A stretch of 64,000 bases of DNA, taken from contig OY762964.1 in NCBI GenBank assembly GCA_963667035.1, positions 288,001 to 352,000 on the forward strand. Direction: 5' to 3'. Each line of letters opens with the position of its first letter. The stretch's first letter is position 1. The position numbers were made by a program, and so were the translations under genes. The stretch is from Candidatus Cloacimonadales bacterium. GTDB taxonomy: Bacteria > Cloacimonadota > Cloacimonadia > Cloacimonadales > JAFGVF01. Under the pieces are notes generated by a model that ran no database searches, was not told where the DNA came from, and was given only the letters and a program-made list of their open reading frames with translations. This document shows, piece after piece, positions 1 through 8,166 of this stretch.

Positions 1-467
1 GCCTGGTCAGACCATTTCATGTCCGCAGCAGGAGCTAGATGTCCTCTGTCATACCCTGAGTTTTTATAATCTTTCACATTTGCGGAGTGAGTTGAAACAG
101 ATTTATCGGCTCTAAAGTTATCTTTGCGTTTTGCATTACCACTCAAATGTTCTTTTGTTAGTAAATAAGCAACCCAATCAGCCTGTTCATGTTTCTCATC
201 ATATTGAAGGGAATAAGCATAATGCTTAATAATCTCTTTGCCTGCTTCTTTTTTGGGGAAAAGATAGGTTTCGTAATCGGATTGATTAAGACTGGAGAAC
301 TTGAAATCAGTATCTATTTTAGCTAGTTCTTTTAACTCTTCGACCTGTTCGGAAGATGAAATTCGGTCGAAAACCTTATTTACCCGACCGGGATTTACTA
401 TGTAATAAGCGACTGCTAATACAATCGCTAACCAAATGACAGGTCGTTTACTCTTATGCTTGCTCAT
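1..467 (-). CDS. DNA/RNA non-specific endonuclease (NucA/EndoG family), membrane-anchored; 3' end runs off the window
   Basis: Not in the ORF track. Manual translation from ATG at 467 (GGGAG RBS upstream) gives MSKHKSKRPVIWLAIVLAVAYYIV...YSLQYDEKHEQADWVAY...DNFRAD...SGYDRGHLAPAADMKWS, including the DRGH catalytic motif. The frame is open to position 1. Confidence 0.9.
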   Translation of the reverse strand, partial: MSKHKSKRPVIWLAIVLAVAYYIVNPGRVNKVFDRISSSEQVEELKELAKIDTDFKFSSLNQSDYETYLFPKKEAGKEIIKHYAYSLQYDEKHEQADWVAYLLTKEHLSGNAKRKDNFRADKSVSTHSANVKDYKNSGYDRGHLAPAADMKWSDQ

Positions 468-501
468 TTGCACTCCCGAAAGAATTCATATTTCTACAAT
501 T

Positions 502-529
502 ATTATACTTGATAGAGCTTATATGTCAA
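502..529 (-). promoter_or_regulatory. sigma70-type promoter for the nuclease gene
   Basis: Minus strand reads TTGACA-16 nt-TATAAT, both hexamers perfect consensus, ending 34 nt upstream of the ATG. Confidence 0.7.
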
Positions 530-678
530 TATTAATATTAACTATTAGCTCTGATAGTACAGAGTAACGTTTTTCAGAATGAGAAGTTTTGCTATTACTC
601 AGATTTTCTTTAACAGCATGAAAATACTGTTCAGGGGATTTGGTGTAGAATTCAATTAATAGTTTTTCCTGCTTTACG

Positions 679-789
679 CTCCCTTACAACACACGGGACT
701 TACTCGGGAATCACACGGGACTTTACCCGAGAAATTCCCGGGATTTTCTCGAACAATTTCCGAAAGAATCCCGAGCGTTGTAAGAGACT
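679..789. repeat. 11-bp-phased CGGGA/TCCCG module bounded by an inverted repeat
   Basis: CG at 694, 705, 716 (CGGGA) and at 728, 739, 750, 761, 772 (CCCG-type). Flanking CTTACAAC...GTTGTAAG inverted repeat. Confidence 0.75.
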
Positions 790-830
790 GCAGAGAGAAC
801 ATTCTCCGGTTTTGAAACTAGTAAGAAATG

Positions 831-1733
831 CTATCTCTTTTTAGATGTAATCTGTATTAGAATGCCGTTCATAATGTGGTGTGATATTAAGTAGAAAACC
901 GTTGGTATAGCGGCTATAGGTGAGAATAGGCTAACACAAATCATGATTGATAGCAATGTATTTTTGTGTCCCAAAGCAACGGGTAGAGTTCTTTGCATAA
1001 TCGGATTCTTTCTTGAGACAATATATCCGAAACCATATAAGAAAAGGGTAATAATAAATGTTGAAAGAAACAAGATAACAACCTCATGAAAAGGAGTCTC
1101 ACGAATCTTTAAACTGGCAGATGATACTGCAACCATTACCATAAATATCTGTAAGATGTTCTTTCTCGAATCAATATGCAGGATTATCCAGTTCTTAGTC
1201 TTCTTGTAATGCTTAACTATCAGTGCCAATATCATAGGGATGAATACTACAATGACTACTCTCATAAGTATATCTATTGTTGGAATTTTAATACCTTCAT
1301 TACGGAATAACAGAGTTGGAATGAAAGAAAAAGTTAATGGTGAAAGGAGATTGTATATAACGACATTGCTCATCATAAACTCAAGATTACCCCTTGTGAT
1401 AGATATAATAATGGGTGAGCCTAAAGCTGGTGGAGTTATGACAGCGAAAAGTAATCCTATTCTGTAATCATTGGCTATTCCATTCGTTGCAAAGAAAACT
1501 AAAAGAGGTAGAACCAACCAATTGAAGATAGGGAAGAGGAGTAAGTTAGGATTTATGAAATGTTCAGGCTTGAAATCTACTCTTAAGAAGCTACAGAATA
1601 AAAGTAAGAGCAGAATGTAAAAGATTAATTGTTTAAAAACTGCTAATTGAGGAAAGACAAGCCCTATTATACAGGAAATAATAAGAAATATACCTGTATA
1701 CTGCTTTATGAAAGCTTCTATCTTGTAAAACAT
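831..1733 (-). CDS. bile acid:sodium symporter (BASS) family membrane protein
   Basis: 300 aa with about 9 hydrophobic segments; TPPALGS and GHKNT segments resemble the BASS crossover motifs. Confidence 0.7.
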   Translation of the reverse strand: MFYKIEAFIKQYTGIFLIISCIIGLVFPQLAVFKQLIFYILLLLLFCSFLRVDFKPEHFINPNLLLFPIFNWLVLPLLVFFATNGIANDYRIGLLFAVITPPALGSPIIISITRGNLEFMMSNVVIYNLLSPLTFSFIPTLLFRNEGIKIPTIDILMRVVIVVFIPMILALIVKHYKKTKNWIILHIDSRKNILQIFMVMVAVSSASLKIRETPFHEVVILFLSTFIITLFLYGFGYIVSRKNPIMQRTLPVALGHKNTLLSIMICVSLFSPIAAIPTVFYLISHHIMNGILIQITSKKR

Positions 1734-1735
1734 TC

Positions 1736-2500
1736 TCAGAATTTAACGATGTCTTGATTTAAATAATCAAGGCAATCTTCTATTGGAATGAGTAACTTGA
1801 TTTCTCCTTCAGAATAGGGAGCAACTTCATAAGGATTATAAATGAAGCAAAGAAACTGCTTTGATATAGAGAAATTCTCTGAAAGCTTAAATTTATTGTT
1901 TTCAAATTGATAGATTGTGTCTTCCAATCTCACGTCAGGAGCTAATCCTTTCTCCTTAACAAAAAATCTGTAGGCAATATCGGCGATGGCCTTAATATCT
2001 GTTACTATATCCGTGATAACAAGTTCATGGGCGGAAGCAGTGTCATAAGTCTTAAGTATTTTATAAGAGTTATCGTGAGCTCCTCCGGCATACGAAGATT
2101 CCATTGTAATAATTGTGACCGTAGAGTTAGTCCACGCATAGAAACCGGAATAACGATCTATGTACCAATCAGGAATATCGTCGTCAAAATCGGTAACAAA
2201 ATCATAGTATTCTTTTTGGAAATTATCATAATATAATGTTGTGTTATCTTTAGAACTGAGAGCATTATTCTTTATCAGCTTATTAAGCTTTACTAGAGAA
2301 GGATACCCCTCTATTTCAGGAAGGAACACAGCTTTTGCTTCCATTTTTAGATTTAATGAATCAGGGGATTCGTATGAATATAAGGTTTCAACTTCTCCCA
2401 AATTCTTAAATAAGTATTCGTCTAAAGGAGGATAATAGCTTTTTTTGTTACAAGCTGTAACAACTAATATCAAGAACAAAATCGGGATTAATCTTTTCAT
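1736..2500 (-). CDS. DUF3298/DUF4163 (RsiV-like) lipoprotein
   Basis: Start reassigned to MKRLIP at 2500, just after the upstream stop. Lipobox VTAC; motifs YAGGAH and FIYNPYEVAPYSEG. Confidence 0.8.
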   Translation of the reverse strand: MKRLIPILFLILVVTACNKKSYYPPLDEYLFKNLGEVETLYSYESPDSLNLKMEAKAVFLPEIEGYPSLVKLNKLIKNNALSSKDNTTLYYDNFQKEYYDFVTDFDDDIPDWYIDRYSGFYAWTNSTVTIITMESSYAGGAHDNSYKILKTYDTASAHELVITDIVTDIKAIADIAYRFFVKEKGLAPDVRLEDTIYQFENNKFKLSENFSISKQFLCFIYNPYEVAPYSEGEIKLLIPIEDCLDYLNQDIVKF

Positions 2501-2502
2501 AA

Positions 2503-3750
2503 CTACTCCGCTATCGAAACAGATTCTGCTGCAAGCCAAGCTGTCGACCATGCAATCTGAAGATTGTAACCTCCGGTATCAGCATCAAGATCCAGTAACT
2601 CGCCAATCACGTATAAACCCGGGATTAGTTTTGATTCCATAGTGGATTGTTGGATTTCCTTTAGACTAACACCACCGGCAGTTATAATTGCCTCTTCAAT
2701 ACTTCTTGTTGATTTAACCTTAAATCGTAAATCCTTACAGAAGCGATGCAGTCTGATTCTCTCTTTTGCTGTGATTTGACTGACAGGTTTGTTAAGTGGC
2801 ACTGAAATTCTCTTTGAACAGAATGGGACGACTTTCCCGGGGAATAGTGTTCTTAAAACTGATTCAAACTGGCGTTTATTCTTATCTTCGAACTCTCTTA
2901 GAAGTCTGGCTTTCAATTTCTCATCGTCGAGGGCAGGCTTGAAATCAATACTAATCTCAACTTCCTTTCCTTCAGATAAATATCTACTAACATATCGACT
3001 CAAAGTTAATATAATTGGTCCTGTCAAACCAAAATGGGCAAAAAGCATTTCTCCGAATTCGCTCTTAACTTTCTTACCATCAATGTAGATTGAAGCACTA
3101 ACATTTTTTAAACTAACACCCATTACATCCTCAACATCAGTTTCAACAGTGTTAAGCGGCACTAAAGAGGGAAGTATAGGATTAATGGTATGACCGTGAG
3201 CGGCTAGTATATTATAGCCTGAACCGTCTGTTCCTGTTAGAGGATAAGATGCTCCCCCTGTTGCAAGGATGACTTGATTAGCATAATGATGATTACCTTC
3301 AGTGTCAATTATACCAACTAACTTGTCTTCATGAAATAGTAAGTCTTCTATTGTCGTGTCATTAAGGATTTTAACATCATTATGAAGATTCCAGAAAAAC
3401 AGAGCATCAACAATATCTTGTGCTTTGTCTGATTCCGGAAAGAATCTTCCACCTCGTTCTTCCTTAACGGGAATGTCTAGAGTGTTTTCCACTAAGGATA
3501 TCATGTCTTTGTTAAAGAATTTCTTGAAGGCAGGATACAAGAATTTCGGATTAGGCTCAATATGTTCCATGAATTCTCTAAGAGAAGCTGAATTAGTAAT
3601 GTTACATCTACCTTTACCCGTTATTCTTAACTTACGTCCGCATTTCCCCATTTTTTCTATAATGAGAACTTTAGCACCTCTTTCGGCAGCATGACCGGCA
3701 GCTAACAAGCCGGCAGCTCCTCCACCTGCAACTATTACATCATATCTCAT
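2503..3750 (-). CDS. HI0933/YhiN family flavoprotein (NAD(P)/FAD-dependent oxidoreductase)
   Basis: GGGAAG, GRKLRITGKGRCNITN, LATGGASYP, TAGGV and GELLDLDADTGGYNLQIAWST motifs. Confidence 0.92.
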   Translation of the reverse strand: MRYDVIVAGGGAAGLLAAGHAAERGAKVLIIEKMGKCGRKLRITGKGRCNITNSASLREFMEHIEPNPKFLYPAFKKFFNKDMISLVENTLDIPVKEERGGRFFPESDKAQDIVDALFFWNLHNDVKILNDTTIEDLLFHEDKLVGIIDTEGNHHYANQVILATGGASYPLTGTDGSGYNILAAHGHTINPILPSLVPLNTVETDVEDVMGVSLKNVSASIYIDGKKVKSEFGEMLFAHFGLTGPIILTLSRYVSRYLSEGKEVEISIDFKPALDDEKLKARLLREFEDKNKRQFESVLRTLFPGKVVPFCSKRISVPLNKPVSQITAKERIRLHRFCKDLRFKVKSTRSIEEAIITAGGVSLKEIQQSTMESKLIPGLYVIGELLDLDADTGGYNLQIAWSTAWLAAESVSIAE

Positions 3751-5879
3751 AAATCAATGCCTAGAATATTCATAATGAAAGCATATTGAAAAGCCAATTC
3801 TTCGAAGTATTGATAGCGTCCCGAAGCTCCTTGATGTCCGGACATGTTAGTCCTAAGTAATAAAACGTTCTTGTCAGTCTTCATATATCTTAGTTTGGCA
3901 ACCCATTTAGCCGGTTCCCAGTAGTTTACTCTAGGGTCATAAAATCCTGCTATAACAAGCATGTGTGGATAATTACTTGTTCTTACATTGGTATAAGGAC
4001 AGTAAGAACTCATATAGTCAAAATACTTATCCTCTCCGGGATTTCCCCATTCTTCATATTCTGCTACAGTTGCAACTAAGGTAGTATCCAACATTGTGTT
4101 TATAATATCAACAAAAGGCACTTCAGCGATAGCTATCTCGCTAATATCAGGACGTTGATTTAAAACAGCACCGATTAGCAAGCCTCCGGCACTTCCACCA
4201 TCAATAACCAGTTTCTTGCGAGAGGTATAATTAGTTTTGACCAGATAATCACAACATGCAATGAAATCATTAAAAGTATTCTTTTTATTAAGAAGTCTAC
4301 CGGCATTGTACCAACTATCACCGTTTTCTCCACCACCACGAATATGAGCGATAGCATAAACAAATCCACGGTCAAGAAGACTAAGACGACTAGAAGAGAA
4401 GTAAGGTTCACTAATAGTTCCATAAGCTCCATAGCCTTCCAAATATAGTGGATTACTTCCATTCTTTTTAAACAATTGTTTGTTATAAACCAATGAAATG
4501 GGGATTAGGGTTCCATCATCGGCTTTAGCATATATCTTTTCAGATTCATAATTATTCTGGTCATAGCCGGAAGGAATCTCCCTTTTCTTTAACACCTTTC
4601 TCGATTTAGTTAACAGGTCATACTGATAGGCTATTTCAGGAGTAGTGAGAGATTCATAACTATATCTGAGACTAGTTGTGAAGAAGTCAGGATTTCCATG
4701 AGTATAATAAGTATAAGCAGGATCATCAAAATCAATATAATATTTTTCATTACTAATAAAATCATGAATTTTCATCATCATCTTACCGTCAATAATCTCA
4801 TTAAGAACCATGAATCTATCGAACAATTCAAAATAATCAAGGAAAATACTTGAGTCTTCTCTAACGAGTTCTTTCCAGTTTTCATAATCCGGATTATCTG
4901 ATTCTACAGTCATAAGTCTGTAGTTAGGTGCATTGTCATTTGTTAGGATATAGAATAGTCCATCTTTATGTGATAATGAATACTGTATACCGCTAATCCT
5001 TTGTCTCAATAACTTAAAACTAGGATTTATTGCATTAGCATCTGCGTAATAAATTTCATCTGTAATCTTGCTACTGGATCCGGCTATAAGATAACTCTTA
5101 TCTTTTGTTTTGTATAACCAGACAAGATATTTAGCATCATCTTCTTTCAACAAAAGAGCATCGTCTTCTTGTTTATCTCCAAGTCGATGTCTATATAGCG
5201 AGTCAGTGTAATTCTCTATTTGATTGTCTTTTGTATAATAGATATATTTACTATCATTACTCCACTCTACAGATGAGATTGAAGAGAGTGTATCAGGTAG
5301 GATTTTGCCATTTGCAATGTTCAGTACAACCAAATCATATATCTCTTCTCCGGTAGAATCATAAGCATAAGCAACAAGTTTATGATTAGGACTGACTGCG
5401 ATTACATCAAGAGAAAAGTAATCATGCCCTTTTGCAAGCTTGTTTATATCAATAATAATCTCTTCCGGTGATTCCATGGAGTCCTTACGTCGGCAATAGA
5501 TAGAGTAATCCTTGCCTGCTTCTTCTCTCATGTAATAGAAGTAACAATCGCGTTGAACAGGTAAGGATAAATCATCCTCATTCATTCTGGAAATCATTTC
5601 TTTGTACAGTTTATCTTGATTATCTACTGTAGGCTCCATGATCTTACTTGTATAAATGTTCTCTTGTTCTATGTAAGATATTACTCCCTCATTAGTTCTG
5701 GACTTATCCTTTAACCAATGATATGGATCTCTGATATAGTGATTATTTACTCTCTCGTAATAATCTGTACGCTTAGCTTTTGGAGGGGTTACTACACGTG
5801 CTAAATCTGATATATCAACTGCTCTTAGAATTGTTAATCCTAAGAGCAGTGAAGCTAAAATTATAAGCTTTCTATTCAT
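3747..5879 (-). CDS. ptrB: oligopeptidase B (S9A peptidase) with signal peptide
   Basis: DPYHWL, GGSAGG nucleophile, VPFVD, EYEEWGNP, DPRVNYWEPAKWVAKLR and GH motifs; hydrophobic N-terminal signal. Confidence 0.9.
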   Translation of the reverse strand: MNRKLIILASLLLGLTILRAVDISDLARVVTPPKAKRTDYYERVNNHYIRDPYHWLKDKSRTNEGVISYIEQENIYTSKIMEPTVDNQDKLYKEMISRMNEDDLSLPVQRDCYFYYMREEAGKDYSIYCRRKDSMESPEEIIIDINKLAKGHDYFSLDVIAVSPNHKLVAYAYDSTGEEIYDLVVLNIANGKILPDTLSSISSVEWSNDSKYIYYTKDNQIENYTDSLYRHRLGDKQEDDALLLKEDDAKYLVWLYKTKDKSYLIAGSSSKITDEIYYADANAINPSFKLLRQRISGIQYSLSHKDGLFYILTNDNAPNYRLMTVESDNPDYENWKELVREDSSIFLDYFELFDRFMVLNEIIDGKMMMKIHDFISNEKYYIDFDDPAYTYYTHGNPDFFTTSLRYSYESLTTPEIAYQYDLLTKSRKVLKKREIPSGYDQNNYESEKIYAKADDGTLIPISLVYNKQLFKKNGSNPLYLEGYGAYGTISEPYFSSSRLSLLDRGFVYAIAHIRGGGENGDSWYNAGRLLNKKNTFNDFIACCDYLVKTNYTSRKKLVIDGGSAGGLLIGAVLNQRPDISEIAIAEVPFVDIINTMLDTTLVATVAEYEEWGNPGEDKYFDYMSSYCPYTNVRTSNYPHMLVIAGFYDPRVNYWEPAKWVAKLRYMKTDKNVLLLRTNMSGHQGASGRYQYFEELAFQYAFIMNILGIDL

Positions 5880-5881
5880 AG

Positions 5882-8023
5882 TTATTTAATGATAATTGCC
5901 TTTGTTGATGTTGATTGGGTAGGGGAGTTCAGTTTAACAAAATAAATACCGGAACTAAGTTTTGCTGACCATTTAATCTCACTGATTCCCTTGTTAATGT
6001 TACCTTTAAAGATTTTGTCTACAAGTTGTCCTTTTACGTTGTAAACTCCAATCGTTGCTTCGTTTATCGAATTATCAGTTTTTACTTTAAGAGTTGATAA
6101 ACTAATCATAGGATTAGGATAGATACTCATGGATATCTGAGGAATTACAGATTGAATGTTTTCATCATTATCGACACCTGCGAACAAATGGAATCCAAGA
6201 TGAGAAAAGTCATCTGACTCATAAACATCCCACTCGCCATTATTTAGAGGGTCTGCTTGTCCTGCATGAGGAGTACTAACATGTAGTTTTCTTACTAATG
6301 TAACATTCTGAGCAAAGTTTGTGTCTCCTGAAATTCCTATCCTATCAAGTTCTTCTCCGTTCTTTAGCAACCTGATTTGATCGTTTCCATTAAAATTGAT
6401 TACTCCGTTGTTTGTAGCATCAGCTAAATATACCAAATCCTGACTTGCTTGAGAATTTGCTATAACTATAACATCATTATGACCTAGAGTTCCGGATAAA
6501 ATATATGTGTTACCGAATTCATCATTACCGTTAACATCTTTCTCAAGACTATATTGTGATAGGTCAATTGGCATTCCGGTTCCGTTATAAATCTCCAAAG
6601 CTTTGTTATAACTACTTCCTTCAACATACTCAGAGATTATTAGGTCTGTAGTAAAATACATAGAACCCGCTTCTGTTGTTACTGACATAATATTTGAATA
6701 CTCGCCATATGTATTATTATGGAAAGCTCTTACTCTATAGTAGTATGTGCTGGCAGGATATATGCCTGTAACTTCTATATGTTGATCATCAACTAGTAAG
6801 CCTTGATAACCGTTTACGTAAGTTGTAAAGGTATTATCGGTTGCAAGCTCGAATGAGTAAGAGTCAACTGTAGCTGATGATTGCCATTCTGCTCTAAAGC
6901 TATTGGATTCAACATTTATTGGGTTTAGGAGATTTATCTCAGGTAAGTCATTATCAATGATATTTAAGAGGAAAGTTGAAATAGGACCAGGTCCAGGATT
7001 GTTAGAACCGGTGAAATTTCGTAAACCGAATTGTATAGCTTCTGAACCTTCTACTAATGAATCATCGGTGATATCTATACTAATTGTCTGAGCTTCCTCT
7101 GAGTTTGCAGGGAAGACCACAACTTGAGGAGTAAAACCGTCTACATCAGAATTGTCACCGGATATGATATAGACTTCAACTGATGTTTGCTCATCTCCCG
7201 GATTAATTAGATTCAAGTTTACATTAATGCTACCATAACTCTCAGGAAGTGAGATTGAATTCATTGAAAATTGAATCACAGTGTTAGGAGAAGTTGAACC
7301 CCAAATATAATCAATATACTCAGGATGGTCAACAAATGGATTTCTGTTGTTTTGGTACCCCCAAATATCATCATTTCGTTGTTGCTCTGAAACATCTACG
7401 GGATCTAGAGCATTCCATTCCAATAGAGTATTCAGCATATCAATTCCACCTCTAGTTAATGATTCATTGTATCTGACATTGAAATAAAGTAAAGCTCTTG
7501 CTAAGTTACCTTTATGTTGATCTGCAGGCTCGAAGCATGTTGTCCCATTGATATTAGCACCTCTTTTGCTAACATATCCGTTAGCTGAAGAATACGTGTT
7601 ACCTACACTTGTAACATTATCAAATGGAAGGTTACCTCTTGATGAGTTAACAGTACTGTTTGACGGGAAAAGATGATGAATGTCAGCTTTTTTAGTAGTT
7701 GACTCACTTGAACCAAACCAGCTCTGAGCAAAAGTATGTTCACAGTTCAAATAAGTTTGATTTGGCATGGTACCTTGAGGTACACTATAATCTTGTCCTG
7801 TATATACACATCTGACGGTATTGTTGTGATTATCAATATATCCAAACATCTCATCTTTTGCACCATCGTAGCTTGTGTTGTGATTAGTTGAAATTATAGA
7901 ATGCAATCCATTTCTTAGAGCTTCTCCCGTAAGCCCTGAAACACTGTCATAATAGCCATTAGGCTCGGCAATTAATAATGTAAGACTAACTACCATTAGT
8001 AATAAAATGAAGATCTTTTTCAT
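5882..8023 (-). CDS. secreted endonuclease I family nuclease with Calx-beta, FN3, lamin-tail and C-terminal sorting domain
   Basis: NCEH, DIHHLFPS..NSSRGNLPF, KGNLARALLY and QNNRNPFVDHP motifs; LTD-like LIISEYVEGSSYNKALEIYNG; C-terminal IYPNP...YNVKGQLV...SSGIYFVKL. Confidence 0.88.
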   Translation of the reverse strand: MKKIFILLLMVVSLTLLIAEPNGYYDSVSGLTGEALRNGLHSIISTNHNTSYDGAKDEMFGYIDNHNNTVRCVYTGQDYSVPQGTMPNQTYLNCEHTFAQSWFGSSESTTKKADIHHLFPSNSTVNSSRGNLPFDNVTSVGNTYSSANGYVSKRGANINGTTCFEPADQHKGNLARALLYFNVRYNESLTRGGIDMLNTLLEWNALDPVDVSEQQRNDDIWGYQNNRNPFVDHPEYIDYIWGSTSPNTVIQFSMNSISLPESYGSINVNLNLINPGDEQTSVEVYIISGDNSDVDGFTPQVVVFPANSEEAQTISIDITDDSLVEGSEAIQFGLRNFTGSNNPGPGPISTFLLNIIDNDLPEINLLNPINVESNSFRAEWQSSATVDSYSFELATDNTFTTYVNGYQGLLVDDQHIEVTGIYPASTYYYRVRAFHNNTYGEYSNIMSVTTEAGSMYFTTDLIISEYVEGSSYNKALEIYNGTGMPIDLSQYSLEKDVNGNDEFGNTYILSGTLGHNDVIVIANSQASQDLVYLADATNNGVINFNGNDQIRLLKNGEELDRIGISGDTNFAQNVTLVRKLHVSTPHAGQADPLNNGEWDVYESDDFSHLGFHLFAGVDNDENIQSVIPQISMSIYPNPMISLSTLKVKTDNSINEATIGVYNVKGQLVDKIFKGNINKGISEIKWSAKLSSGIYFVKLNSPTQSTSTKAIIIK

Positions 8024-8055
8024 TTAAAACCTCTTATTCCTTTTCTCTTGAGTTT

Positions 8056-8083
8056 AAGCTAAAACTTCGATGAATAACGTCAA
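8056..8083 (-). promoter_or_regulatory. putative sigma70-type promoter for the endonuclease-ptrB operon
   Basis: Minus strand TTGACG-16 nt-TAGCTT upstream of the GAGG RBS. Confidence 0.4.
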
Positions 8084-8112
8084 TAAAAACTATAACTACC
8101 TTGTTTGCAGAC

Positions 8113-8142
8113 AAAAAGAAACCGCATGTACATGCGGTTTCT
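8113..8142 (-). terminator. intrinsic terminator
   Basis: Perfect palindrome AGAAACCGCATGTACATGCGGTTTCT followed by a U-tract on the minus strand, just after the stop at 8167. Confidence 0.8.
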
Positions 8143-8166
8143 ATAGAGTGCTATTTATGTTTATTC

